DNA of 64,000 nt from Podarcis filfolensis. Taxonomy: Eukaryota. Below, piece after piece: positions 1-12,985 of this stretch. The notes below the pieces were generated by a model, which was not told the DNA's origin, ran no database searches, and saw nothing but the letters and a program-made list of their open reading frames with translations. Each line of letters opens with the position of its first letter. The stretch's first letter is position 1. Made by a program: the position numbers and the translations under genes. Where the stretch lies: assembly GCA_964270895.1 (NCBI GenBank), contig OZ185453.1; one strand, 5' to 3'.

Positions 1-275
1 GAGTATAAAAAAAAGACTTCAGCCTATCGGCTTCCAGTCATTCTCAAAAGATCCTCAGATGGCTCCTAATTTGGTATTGGGGCAAACAACTGTATGCATC
101 AACTGGCTTTTTAGCAGTATGGTGGAGGGACAGAAGAAATTTTTGCAAAAATGGCTTTTCATACAGAAGAGTCTCACCTTTTCCACTGACTAAAGAAGGA
201 GAATCTTGGCTTTTACTCCATGTGGGAAGGGAAAATAGGTAAACTGGCAGGAATCCCAGTTAGGACAGTCAAGTA

Positions 276-694
276 CAGGGGCTGTCAAACTAAGACCCGG
301 GGGTGAGATGCCCCCCCAGGCTCGTAAATCTGGCCTATAGACCCTGCCTCCCGCTCGGTCAGTCCCCGTGTGCTGAAGTCGCCTCGCCGTGCGGGGACTG
401 ACTTCCGCGACGCTGGCACAGCTTCTTGGTGGGCGGCAACACTGGCACAATTTCGGATTGGCTGCAGGAAGGTCCTGCAGCCAATCTGAAGCCGCAGACA
501 GCTCTGGGCAGGCGGTGACGCTGGCGCCGAGACGTGCTCCTGAGCGCGCGCAGAGTGCGTTCCTCCTCCAGGTCTGGAGACAGCTGTGGGACTGGCTTGC
601 AGGGTATTTATATTTTTCAGAATATAGTCCGGCCCCCCACAAGGTCTGAGGGACGGTGGACCGGCCCCCTGATGAAAAAGTTTGCTGACCCCTG
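276..694. mobile_element. hAT-superfamily non-autonomous element (MITE)
   Basis: Imperfect TIRs CAGGGGCTGTCAAACT / AGTTTGCTGACCCCTG. The 8-bp TSD reads gtcaagta (268-275) and gtcaagca (695-702). The interior is GC-rich. Confidence 0.8.
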
Positions 695-2344
695 GTCAAG
701 CAGCTCAGGGCAACACAAGAATAGGCCTTTTCTGCAGTGGCTTCCTCTTTGTGGAATGTTCTCCCCAGCGTGGCTCACCTGGCACCATCATGTCGTATCT
801 TAAGGTGCCAGGTGAAACCAGGCCTTGGCTGTCAAACAATCAGTGGCCTTTTAAATGCGTGTGGGATATTATTCTTATTCATTATTCATTTTGTGTTTTT
901 ATGTTTTAAACCACCCTGTGATGAAGGAATGAAGGGCAGAGTAGAAATATAATTAATAAGAATTATCAGAATTGTGGTATGATGCAGATGCAGTGAGAAT
1001 CCGAGGAAAATACATACAGAATGCTTTCCAAACTGCTTACCCATGCAATCCTGCTCTCCTTTTAATTATATTTTCATCATCAGAAATGCTGATAATGTAT
1101 AAATGAACATGATTTGTAGGCAGAGGGTTTTTTCGTTTTTTACTTTACTGCTAAAATGTAAGTTTCTGATAAGGGCATACAGTGTCGTCGTCAAAGAAAC
1201 ACTGATGTACAACAAATCTCCTAAAGAATTCTAAGCTATGAGAATGGTATCGGGTTAACTTTTTAGACAGATGGCCATATATTGTTAAGAACAGATCGTA
1301 CACTACCTTTCTCTAGTATGGCATTACTTCCTGCTTATTCTAACAGAAATGCTTCAAATGTATTGATTTTTTTTGAAAGGCATAATAATAATGCTATTAA
1401 AGGGACCCAATTGACATGTGTCAGGACAAACTGTTTGAAACTACTCTGTTTCTTGCTGCACTTGCAGAAGATGAGACTTTCAGCCCACATAGAATATGGG
1501 TTAAAACAAGAAATTGTACATTTTAAACAAAGAGTTTAAGACAATTATTATGTAATCTTTCTTAAACACACGGGACCCCCCCTTCTGAAAATACCAATGG
1601 AATTACCACCATTTCTAGCAGAATGAAGTCAGTGGGGACAACCTTGTGAAAATGTCATTCTGTCTACTATATTTAAGGTTATGTCAGCTTTTCCACTGCA
1701 AACCTGTTTACAGAAAGTGATAACGGATCCATAAAGTTTCATTCCATGCTGTAGGCAAATACACACAATTGGTAGGCTGTAGGAGGCCCCCCCCCTCAAA
1801 GAAAGCTCCAAAGACTGCTTATTTATTTAATGGAATATAGTAAGACACAGAAAATATTTCATCACTAGGATGGTTTCTGAATTTTTCTTCTCGTGCAGCT
1901 GCCAGAAAAACAATTGACAAAAAAAAATCAATTTGCTGTGAGAATCATGCTTACTTGTTTTTTTTTTTGCGTGTGTTCATTTTAATAGACTCTCTGCACA
2001 TTTACACTCCATAAACTTCATAGCTTTTAATGAGGCTATTTAAGTTGAAGATTATGCTCAGATATAATCACTATAGCATGTGCTTGATGAGGAGATGACC
2101 TTCTGACCTGATCTGATAAGATATGCTTGTAGAGAAAACTGAATCTATTCTGCAGCACTTGAAAAGGATGCACCTTTTAGGAGCACTTATCTGACAATGA
2201 TAGCAATTACGAAGGTCAGGGCTTTTTGTCATGGGTGGCAGAGGTAGGTTGCCTTAATACACAATTAACTGGATACGTAATCTGTCACTTCTCGTCTTCC
2301 AAGCATACAAAATACATTTGCCCGACACACACACACAGACACAG

Positions 2345-2977
2345 TGCCCCAGCCACTCTGGGCGGCTTCCAACATATATAAAAACATAATAAAACATTAA
2401 ACATTTAAAAACCTTCCCTATACAGGATTGCTTTCAGATGAATCAGGGGTTGGATAAATCCATACCATGCAACATTTCTCTAGTGAAAATAGGGACATCC
2501 TAAGGAACATCCTAGGGACGTGGGTGGCGCTGTGGGTTAAACCACAGAGCCTAGGACTTGCCGATCAGAAGGTCGGCAGTTCGAATCCCCGTGACAGGTT
2601 GAGCTCCCATTGCTCGGTCCCTGCTCCTGCCAACCTAGCAGTTTGAAAGCACGTCAAAGTGCAAGTAGATAAATAGGTACCACTCCGGCGGGAAGGTAAA
2701 CAGCGTTTCCATGCACTGCTCTGGTTCGCCAGAAGTGGCTTAGTCATGCCACTTGACCCGGAAGAACTGTCTGCGGACAAACGCCGGCTCCCTCGGCCAA
2801 TAAAGCGAGATGAGCGCCGCAACCCCAGAGTCAGTCACGACTGGATCTAATGGTCAGGGGTCCCTTTACCTTTACTAAGGAACATCCTAAGGGACATTTC
2901 AGGATCAAATCAGAAACTGGGATGGCTTCTCTGAATCAGGGATGTCCCTCGGAAAATAGGGACACTTAGAGGGTCTG
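2345..2977 (-). mobile_element. Composite MITE with an L2-type 3' tail, left end truncated, interrupted by a Sauria SINE
   Basis: It has the same organisation as 31499-31902: a reverse L2 tail (gccccagccactctgggcggcttcc...), then catacc...aacatttctc...gaaaatagggac, ending ...ttagagggtctg. Confidence 0.7.
2515..2875 (+). mobile_element. Sauria SINE (Squam1-type), full length
   Basis: tRNA-derived head gggacgtgggtggcgctgtggg...ttcgaatccc and tail ...ccctttacctttac. The 14-bp TSD taaggaacatccta lies at 2501-2514 and 2876-2889. Confidence 0.9.
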
Positions 2978-3469
2978 GTGGATGTGGTAAAGGCCTCGTG
3001 GTTTAGTGGTGAGGAGATCTATGGTCATTTTAGTGAGAGCAATTTCAAAGTAATATAGAGGGCAGAATGTAGATTGTTATTACATGTATTGCCACAGGGA
3101 AGCGAGGCCTGTAACTGCAAAAATAATATTCTTTCATTTGGTGACTTTTGCATAGTGGGATTTCAAGCATCTAAACTAACCCTGAGAATTGCACATCTTT
3201 AATAATGCCTGTAAGAGACAACTAGTTGAGAAACTAGCTCCTTTCCTGTTGTCTTGCTCAGAAGCTTCTCCACTAGTGTATGAATCATAATGCTGATGCA
3301 GCAGTGATAAAGCATAATGCTTCTCAGCAGAGTTTCAGTATGGCTACACTAGAGCTTACACCTGTATATGGATTACAGCACCTCATTATGATAACGACTT
3401 AGATAGAAGAGACAGAATACATAGAAGAGCAACAAATATTAAGGAAGGATTAAAAATGGCTCTGTTCAT

Positions 3470-3590
3470 GGATAGCTAGGGGAGTTTAACTGCATACAGC
3501 TTGGAGGAAAGGAGATAACAAGAGAATGTGATAAGAACCTGCAAATATTTGAGAGGGACTAACAGAGGAATGCGGGATGACTTACAGCGG
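3470..3590 (+). mobile_element. Degenerate CR1 LINE ORF2 3' fragment
   Basis: tacagcttggaggaaaggaga...gtgataagaacctgcaaatatttgagaggg resembles the CR1 segment FSLEKRRLRGDMIATFKYLKG. Confidence 0.5.
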
Positions 3591-5397
3591 CTGAAGCAAC
3601 GTAAGAAGAATTGGTGTTTTAAAGTTAGCAACATGAAAAGCATAATCTAGAATAATTATGTTTACCATGTGGCTTAAACATGGAATGATAGTATTGGTTC
3701 AAGTCACAGGTTTGTTAATGCCTTATATGGTTTTCAGTATCTCTCAGAAGTTACAGGAAGTGGGAAGAAAATCCAGCTCTTTTTCCTCTGCTGAGCAATG
3801 TATCTACACTTACAGCACAATCCTATTTGAAAATAAATCCCACTGAGTTTAATGGATCTTACTTCCAAGAAAGTGGGTATAGGATTGCAGTTTTTATATA
3901 TTTCATTTGTATACAGGTTGTTGGTTTGTTTGTTTTTAGATATAGCGAAGGGCTATTGGGTGCACAAGGCTGCATGAAAACTAAATTTCCTATTTTCACA
4001 TATGATTTGGAGAAAGCCCTTTCATTAGATCAGTTCTTTTACGCTTAGTTACTACTGCTGCTTTCCCTGTGGCCAAGTGTATAAGACAAGGCTGAAGCCC
4101 AAAGCAAAATTTAGGTAAGGAGGTAATGGCACCCAACTGGATAAAATTAAGAGGTAGGCTGTAAGAATGTGATACTCTAGAAAACACAAGTGGAATAAAT
4201 CTCCAGCTCCTGCAGCTGGCACCCATAAGGAAAAGCACCAACCGCTAAACAATTAATACTAAAAAAAGAGAAATCAGCTGTGCTTATCTGATGTGCAACT
4301 CTGGCTCTGTTAATAGAACCCTTGAACTCCTTTTGTCTGCCAGCTCTAAGAAAGATGTAAATATTGCACCTATATGGTTGTCCAACATGGAAAAACTTCA
4401 TTCTGTAGCCATTTGATAGAACTAGATGTGATGTAAGAAATCTCTGATAGGAATTGCCTGCTGTTTGCTCAAAAATTAATAGTACTTGCTGGCAGATAAA
4501 TCAGAATGACTATGTAGAACTAGTGGAAGGGAGAAGTTAAATCCAAAAAACTGCCAGGGAGGGGAAAATCCAGGTAACTACTGCAGGGGGAGTATTATCA
4601 GGAGAACATGGGGTAGAATAAATATTCTTCCCAAAATAACATTGTCTTTACTTGATTTGACCTTTCAACCTCTGGCGCCTATGTTTTTTTTAAAAAAAAA
4701 ATCATGAGAGATCCTAATCATTTGCTTCGTGTCTAATATGCCACATTACCAAACTTTTTTGCTCATTCATTGTGAAACAGATCAAAGCCCTTAGACGTGT
4801 GTCCATATTTCACTTCTCTTCCATAACCCTTTGCCTGCCCCTTATTCAGTACTTGTGTCATCCATTCTTTCTCCCCCTGCAAAAATAAAAAATAAAAATC
4901 ACCTCTCTCCGTCAAAACCTGCTAAGTAACTTAATCTTCTACCTACCCTCCCAACCTATATCACTTCTCCCTTCCTTTGTAGCATAGTACTAGAGATGCA
5001 CTATAGTCATCTCTTCTTCTGTATAGATTTCTTTGGAAATTGACTAGTATCCTCCCTTGTAAGCTTTGGCTTCACTTAGGCTTTACCTTTCATTTACTAT
5101 ACCTTCAGTCAAATCTGGCAAAAATGCGGTTTTCTGCCTTTAGAAGAAAGCCTCTGACTTGCTAAGTTCTCAAAAACAAAAAACAACAACACTCACCATC
5201 TTTCTGCAGAGACCTTATTTTAAAACATTTTGAATACCTTAGCACCAGGGAGCTTAATATGACAAAATTCAACCAACCTCCCCCCCAAAAGCATCAGTCA
5301 ATTACACTCCTATTTTTCTATACCTTACATCCAGGTGTGTAACAATAGTTTTAGCTAATTTAGATTAATTCTCTCTTTTTAAAAATTTCTTTTGTAG

Positions 5398-5453
5398 GAA
5401 TGCTGTCTGTGTAATTTGAGAGGTGGAGCGCTCAAGCAGACTACCAACAGAAA
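5398..5453 (+). CDS. KDM4C: KDM4C internal coding exon (56 nt, phase 0 to 2), ECCLCNLRGGALKQTTNR(K), PHD region
   Basis: Acceptor ttttctttttgtAG at 5396-5397 and donor GTAAGT at 5454. The translation matches the KDM4C motif ECCLCNLRGGALKQT. The terminal aa joins the first g of the next exon to give Lys. Confidence 0.93.
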
Positions 5454-7265
5454 GTAAGTGAATTCTACAGCAAAGCACGGGGGGTGGAGCAGGATTGGGC
5501 TTGGGAACCAAATTTTGTGTTCCCCCATCCTGGTGGACCATTTTGACAGGTGGATGACTCCTCTCAATTACCTGATGTCACCATGATGTCAGGTTACCCA
5601 TCTTCAAATTAAAGAATGGGGGGGGCGGGCACACTCTTAAATGCCTTCCTGGTTGTTCTTCCTTTGCAGCCCGGCTGCAAAGAAAATTCTCAGATGAAAC
5701 TATGGCTTTCAGTTAGTGCTGCAGTGCTAACTTCAAGCCCAACTTTCTGCATGGATCAGCTGTATTTTGAAGCTCCCAGATGAGAACTCAGGGAACTCTT
5801 GTCCTTTCTGTGCTTCAATATCAATATGTGGTTGTTATGTACCAGCTACATGTGCACCCACCCTTAAATTTTAAAAAAAATCTCATAATTTTGTTGCCAC
5901 CATGCTTTGTGTATGGTTTGGCACCTCTGAAGAATGGTTGTAACACATTTTTTCAAAAACCTATTGGTGCAATTTTGTATTATTTTGATTAGCCTTTCTG
6001 TCAAAGAGAAGTGGGTTTTAACTGGGTTTTAGAAATGCCTGTGGAAACTTAAAGAAAAGATTACTGCTGTGTTACATACCTTTCCTTGCAAACTCCACTT
6101 TTAGTGCCGGGTTTTAAATTTCAGTTAGCAGGCTTAGACAAAGGCAGCTTCAAAATGTAATTTACGTACAGTATTCTTTTATCTCTACAAAAATGAGCTA
6201 ACATATGGACCTCTCTTCTCCAACTGAAAGGTACAGGTAGCTTCCAATTAACTTGCTAAGTTAGGTTGCTGCTGCTTTTTAAATGCATTTTGTGAGCTAA
6301 TGTGCAAGTTTTGTTTTATCATCCTCTCATGCTTAAATATTCCACACTCAGCTTTTGTTGATGACAATATAAAGGAAGGAAATGAAAGCTCATTTGTCAT
6401 TGTTTGCATGGGAAAGTCTTACAGTTTTATCTCATGTTCAACTTATTTTTCTTTAGCTCTGGAATTCTGTGATTATGGTAGTTAATGTGGTACCACTAAA
6501 CTTTTGATAGAAATGAGCATTTATTAACAAAATAATCAATCTGAATCAATTTAGAATAACTCTGGAACTCAAGCTGGTTGGTTTTCTTACTATTACTTAC
6601 AATAGACTCAGAAAATAGCTCTGCAGTTGACACCATACTGTTTGTAAGACCAATATTCTGTAGTCAAATAGAGCAATGTTTTAGCTTAGCAAATGATGGA
6701 ACTAAAGGAAGCTTTACCAACATGGTACCTGCACAGACTTTCCCAGGTAACCACAGGTCTTTCCTCCCCTTTTTGAAATTAGACTCGAAAGAAGCATTTG
6801 TTTGTAACCAGCTATTGTTGTTGTTTGTGATCCCCAAAAAAGTTTTCCCCGGTTTGCAAATGTGGCCATGGTTCCCCAAAGGCTGGTGATCCCTGAACCT
6901 TTTTGTTCAGTTGTAGAAAAATCTGTACCACTAATTCAGTGCTATTTTTGTGTATCCTTCAGTCATTTCCTCCAGGAAATGTGCGTATTTCCAAAAAAGA
7001 CTTTCATTTAAAAGCTCTCTAATTCAAGCCCTTTCATTATTAGCAGTGTTAAAGACAGTCTGGATGGGCAGAAACCTCCTCTTGGTTGACTTTCACCCTG
7101 TTGAATAACTCTTAACAATTTATGCTCTGGATATTCCAGGAACTTCCCACTCTTGCCTTTTGTTTTGAAACATCAATCAGGTACATGTTTGGATTTTTAT
7201 GAAAGGACAGCAGTTCAGATTAAGAGCGAGGTTAAGCAATAACTTTCCCCATGACTGGGTGGACA

Positions 7266-7589
7266 GGAGTGTCTCCACCCCCATCGTTCAACCTGGACAC
7301 TGAGGTCCAGCTCCGAGGGCCTTCTGGCGGTTCCCTCATTGCGAGAAGCGAAGTTACAGGGAACCAGGCAGAGGGCCTTCTTGGTAGTGGCGCCCGCCCT
7401 GTGGAACGCCCTCCCATCAGATGTCAAGGACATAAAATAACTATATGGCGTTTAGAAGACATCTGAAGGCAGCCCTGTTTAGGGAAGTTTTTAATGACTG
7501 ATGTTTTAATGTACTTTTAATCTTTTGTTGGAAGCTGCCCAGAGTGGCTGGGGAAACCCAGCCAGATGAGCGGGGTATAAATATTATTA

Positions 7590-7633
<44 letters not shown>
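7266..7633 (+). mobile_element. L2-clade LINE 3' end with (ATT)n tail
   Basis: It is highly similar to 44373-44813 and 17254-17404, and ends ...gctgcccagagtggctggggaaacccagccagatgagcggggtataaata(tta)n. Confidence 0.8.
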
Positions 7634-7634
<1 letters not shown>

Positions 7635-10600
7635 GGACAGGGCTCCCCCACTTCGTTTAGCCTTCTATCCGGAAGGTTGTTCCACACCTCTCTGGTTCAT
7701 TTATCAGGACTGCTTCACACAAGTTCTGATTCATCACTTCGGAATGTTGCGAGGAGACTGATCTTTGCTATTTTTTCTTTCTTTCAGTTTGCTTACGCTG
7801 TAGCTTGCATCCCTTCCTTGCCTCCACCATTCCTTAAAGCTGTGTTTGTGATTTTGTTTTCAGGGCTAGTTAGGACCCTTTGCAGAAATACCAGCTGGAA
7901 TATTCTGAAGGGAAGAGATACTTCTAGCTTTGAACTTAACTGAGAAGAGTTCAGAGAAACCAAGAGGATGGAACTGGGCTTGGGCTCAACGGCGACATAA
8001 TTGGCCACTCTGCCGCTGCTGGAGCCTTAGCAGGGATAGGAAGTATCCCTCACAAAGTGCATGCAAAGGAATCCCACTTGAAATTCATTATTTCTATCCA
8101 GTGAGGTTTTTTTGGCTCCGCTTCTCTGACAGAATCCCTGCTTGCCACAGCGATGGCTCTGAAAGTTTTAAACTGACAACACCATCCTATTCCTTCCCCA
8201 TTTGGACAGGAAATATTCACACTCCAAGTTTTCCAATTTCTTAGGTCTCTTGTATTGTTCTGTTCTTGCTGTATCTGGCTCTTGAAAGTCAGGAAAAGGC
8301 CTTTAATTTTTATTTTATTTAGAAAGATTGATAGATCATAAGAATCATTAACATAATAAAATTATCAATAAAATCCACCAAGCTGTTCAAAAAACAAGTA
8401 TAAGATCATCATCAATTTAAAAAACTGATAAAACTTGCAAAACTAAAATAATCATAGATAACTACTTTAAACTACTACTTAACATATAACATTTCCCCTT
8501 TCCTGGTTCTTTCCTCTTCTCTCTAAGAAAACTAGGTTTTTTGAAGACTCACCTTCAGAGTTCCCTATTAGGCAATTTTCCTACTTTAGTCTTTTCTCTC
8601 TATCTCTGGTTACAAAAGTAGATGGTCCAGGCAAGGCATGGGTAGTCTGTGCATCCATTATTAGCCCACTCTTTTCTTTATTTTTTCTGCAATGGTGTTT
8701 CAAGCCACGATACTACTTCCCTTGCTCTTAAATTGTCTTATATTGTCTTGTTATCACCTTTAAGTTTCTATTGATTTATAAATGAATATTCTAATTACAG
8801 CTGCCGTGTGTTTATTGCTTTCTGTTTGGAGCAAGCGCACTAAGCTAAATTCCCCAAATTAAGCAAAGTTATCAGAGCCAATGCCATCCTGTCTATGTAA
8901 AGATCTTGAGAGTAATATTGCTAATTCCCTCAAATTACGCGAGTACGCATGTAAGATGTGTCTGTATGTGAATGTGTGCACTAGTGGAACTGGTAACACA
9001 TTTTTGAGCAGTGTTCTATAGGTGGTCATATGGCATGTATAAATGATTCATGGCTTGGTTTAGATGGGCATTCTGGGCTTCAAAAACTGTGGTTTATGAA
9101 GTTGTGCATGAGTGTTGGGCCCTGGTACCGCACACCTCATCTCCTGGCTTTAATACAAATCGGAATCTTTGCGGCAGTTATGTCTGAACCAAGGGACTCT
9201 ATCTTAATATTGATCGATGTCTTTATTTCTTAAATGCGGTATTGCCATACAGATAAATTTATAATACATCTGCCCAGTATTTTAAATTAGCTGCAAATAG
9301 TTATTATAATCTCTTTGCAGTCAGCTTTTTAGCTAAATGTTAATTAAGCATCAAGTATCTCATAATAGAGTGCTGACGGAAATAAACAGATTTCAAAATA
9401 TAGATCCAGGAAATGTCAGCTAAATTGAATGCAACACTTTTCTTTGATATCTACCGATGAGAGCCCACAAAGGGCATGTATGAAAATCAAAATCCTTTCT
9501 GTGCGTATTGTATCTTAAAAGAAAAATCATGAATGAAAAATGTGGGAGTGGTTTCTGTTTACAGAGGAATCCTACTTCCACACATGTTTCACACGTGTTT
9601 CGTGTCTTTTCACAACACTGTGTTTTGCTATTTTTGTGTTTTGACTCGACTGGCAGTTTTAAATAGTAAAACAATCGCTTTCCACAGGAGTCCGTAATTT
9701 CCTATAATCACCTCACTGGTTTCCTCTTTTAATACATTTCCTATGAGTAATATCTACCAATGCATAGTAAGTTATTTATAAAGATATTTTTTTCGGAATG
9801 TAGAGAAACAGGAAAACATAGTGGGCAGTGAAGGATGGTCAGAGCATTTTCAGAAAAAATGGATTTCCAGAGTCACGGGACCATGCCCATAAAACCCTGT
9901 TCTAGACATTCGCAGATACAGAATCACAACCCTGGGTAGAGGCTCTTAATACACAAGAGCTGTGGTGTAGTGAGACGGGGACAAAAGGCCACCCACTCTT
10001 TTCACAGCTGGAACAATGATGTCCTGGGGTCCTATTTTCCATTCTCCTGGGGTGCATGCCAGGTTTTTGTCACCTGAGAAACCCACCAAATCCTCACTAA
10101 GCTGAGATAAGAAAGATTGCATTAGCCTGCAAGGTTAAGGTATAAACTGCATTTTTATTTTGACTTCTGTTTAAGCCCCTTTATTATAAATCAACAAAAA
10201 TGTCACAATATAGTGAGGAAACTTGAGTTCCTCCGAAGTCTTCGTAAGCTTGATTGTTATATAAGGTGGTAAGAGGGCTGAGAAAAATGCTGGCTTCATT
10301 GCATTGGCCAAAATTCATTTTTCTTTTATATCCAGGCTATGCAGGCATGGCAATGCAGGGTATAATGAAAAGTGCCTGCACATAAGGATAACGCTACACC
10401 ACTAAACAAGGGTCTGTTTTTCCCCTGCACACCTTGGCTGGCCAGCTGGGTACATCAAACACAACCATCAGGGAGCTAGGCAAGTTATACATGTCGTCAG
10501 GATTAAGCAGCTTCTGCTGTTTCTTCAGTATGCATGATTATCTCAATGCCACGAGGAACGCAGCCCCAGGACTCTTCATACTGCGTTTTCTAATAGAACT

Positions 10601-11375
10601 GGAACTATTTTCAAACAATACTTGTAAAGGACCTCAGAATAAATATTTATGGTATTTATTTCTCACCAGTGGCCGAGATCCAGTCCTCCCATGTGTGGAC
10701 AAAAAGTGTTTCCAACTTCCATTATATGTGTGTCAGTTTCTGTTTAGCTGCATCTCACACCATTATATGTGTGTGTTTATATTTATTTATTGTGCTTTCG
10801 TTAAGTTTTTTTAAATATATATATATAAACATAACAAGGATAGGGAAGCTAAGGGAGAACAAATAACAGCTCACAAGGGAAAGCCCTCTTTCCATTGTGA
10901 ATCTTGTTCTCGAGATGAGGTCATCAATATGCCTTCTTGGGGTCCCAACACCCTCAGGTGCTTCCCTTGGCACTTTTCTGACATTTGCAGGGTTGTTTAG
11001 TTCTGGGGATGCTTTTTATTTTTGGATGCGGAGGCTATTGTTTGCGTTTCTGTTTTGTGCCTTATCTGTTGTCTTAGCAACACCATTCTTTTCATTGCTG
11101 AGATGGATATTCTGTGGTTTCTTAAATTTCCACCGGTGCTTCCAGAGCCAAAAGGATTGGGGAACCCTGCTCGCACAGTGCTCTGTATGTGGTTCTTTAG
11201 AGCTCAGCGAATATGTAACAAGTTTTTCCAGTAACGGACTAGAATATTTTCAACAAACTTTTTCGAAATTACTGGGCATGTATGAATGAGGATGGAATCA
11301 AAAGAAATGTTTGTCTGATTTTACAAGCCAAGGGAGCCTTTCACCTACGTTTCTTTAAAAACAGCAGCCCAGTTT

Positions 11376-11567
11376 TATATGGCAAACATATTTTGAAATT
11401 GCAGGAAGATTCAGAAGGATTTTGTGACGTGGCATCTGATCAAACAGAAAAAGGAAAAGATGTTGCTGGGTACCACCAAACATTGACATGCCTAAAGTAA
11501 TTGGATCTGAGCCATTATTATTACTGTTGTCGTTTTAACAAATGTAACACGTTATATGGTATGAATA
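11376..11567 (+). repeat. Local direct duplication, copy 1 (192 bp)
   Basis: Near-identical to 12784-12985, from tatatggcaaacatattttgaaa to cacgttatatggtatgaata. Confidence 0.92.
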
Positions 11568-11753
11568 CTGTGTAGGCATATCAATTTGGGGAGGAATTTA
11601 TGGTTTCTCATTGCATTCCTTGTGAAAAAAACGCCATTATGCAAAGAATAAAGTTTGAGAAATGCAGTGGGAAAATCTATTTCTCTTTCTCTCTCTATAT
11701 ATATACTTAAAGTGTTTGCATATCTCTTTTTTTTTTTGTATTGTTATTTACAG

Positions 11754-11862
11754 GTGGGCTCACGTCATGTGTGCAATTGCTATTCCCGAAGTGAGATTTG
11801 TGAATGTCATAGAGAGGACACCAATAGACACAAGCAGGATACCTTTGCAGAGGTTAAAACTG
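11754..11862 (+). CDS. KDM4C: KDM4C internal coding exon (109 nt), (K)[36 protein letters not shown]
   Basis: Long polypyrimidine tract with acAG acceptor, and donor GTGAG at 11863. The phase fits the previous exon. The peptide matches KDM4C WAHVMC...RIPLQRLKL. Confidence 0.96.
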
Positions 11863-12072
11863 GTGAGCAGTAATGATCCAAATTTCTATTCTGACATATA
11901 TTTTATGGTTCTAAGAATGTGTAGTAAACCTCCTTGATGATGTTCATGTTGTACAATTGTCACAGAGTGCTCAATTTCTGTTTTAAAACGCCAGTCAAAA
12001 TGTGTGAGAACTGTTGTTTTGTACTTCCTGTTCAAAATTGCCTTCATTTTCATACTAAGTACCTGTGGGGAA

Positions 12073-12203
12073 TAGCTGTGGGGAACCTTGAGCCCTCTAG
12101 GAGCTGCTGAACTACAACTCCCATCATTCCCAGCAAGCACGGCCAGGGATGATTGGGGTTTTAGGGTAGTAACATCTGGAGGGCCTTAGGTTCCCCACAC
12201 CTG
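12073..12203. mobile_element. Palindromic hAT-type MITE (actacaactcccatcatt family), degenerate
   Basis: TIR-like ends gctgtggggaaccttgagccctc / gagggccttaggttccccacacctg. The core is shared with 21208, 34121 and 48045. No clear TSD. Confidence 0.65.
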
Positions 12204-12544
12204 AACTAGTGGAACAAAAACCTCATTACCATAATAGTCTTTAAGAAAACATAATCTAAGATTTTCCTAGAAATAGCAGAGACTGAAAACACCTTCCGTT
12301 TATGACATGTTGGCAGGTTTATGACATCACAATTTAGCTTCCCTTGTCACTGCTGATTAGATTTAGGCAGTGATTTCCTTTTCTTAAAAAAAATACACCA
12401 TGTTCACTGGAATCCCTGTTTGTTAATCCTAGCCACGTGAGGACAGGCTGCTGTTACTGTTTATGAATGAAAGACATTCTGGAGATTGTTCCACAGTAGC
12501 TGGAGTAGCTAAAATAATTAAAACAATTAAACACGTTAGAAGTA

Positions 12545-12730
12545 CAATGGCACCTCTTGTGAACGGGATCCGTTCCGGAGGCCTGGCCGTATACCGAAAT
12601 CTTCGTAACCAGAGGTGCCCTTCTTCGCATGCGCGTGTGGCAAAACTTGGAAGCATACACTTCTGGGTTTGCCACATTCACAACCCGAAAGATACATTAC
12701 CCGAAGGTAACGTAACCCAAGGGTCCACTG
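12545..12730. mobile_element. Tc1/mariner (Tigger-like) MITE
   Basis: TA flanks on both sides, with termini CAATGGCACCTC / GGGTCCACTG resembling the CAGTGGTACCTC family. Confidence 0.65.
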
Positions 12731-12783
12731 TAAATTTATATCGTGATTTAAATGGATTTGATTTAAATCAAATCCACCCTATG

Positions 12784-12985
12784 TATATGGCAAACATATT
12801 TTGAAACTGCAGGGAGATTCAGAAGGATTTTGTAACGTGGCATCTGATCAAACAGAAAAAGGAAAAGATGTTGCTGGGTACCACCAAACATTGACATGCC
12901 TAAAGTAGTTGGATCTGAGCCATCATGTATTAGAATTATTCCTGTTGTTGTTTTAACAAATGTAACACGTTATATGGTATGAATA
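12784..12985 (+). repeat. Local direct duplication, copy 2 (202 bp)
   Basis: It matches 11376-11567 with a few substitutions and a ~10-nt insertion. It follows the perfect palindrome ggatttgatttaaatcaaatcc and caccct. Confidence 0.92.

Noticed and set aside
190-803. Overlapping ORFs of 86-169 aa
   Set aside because: They lie over a GC-rich hAT MITE and show no recognisable protein similarity.
10755-11289. ORFs of 70-130 aa on both strands
   Set aside because: I found no recognisable homology in any frame and no convincing splice-site pair. It may be an old LINE remnant, but I cannot support a call.
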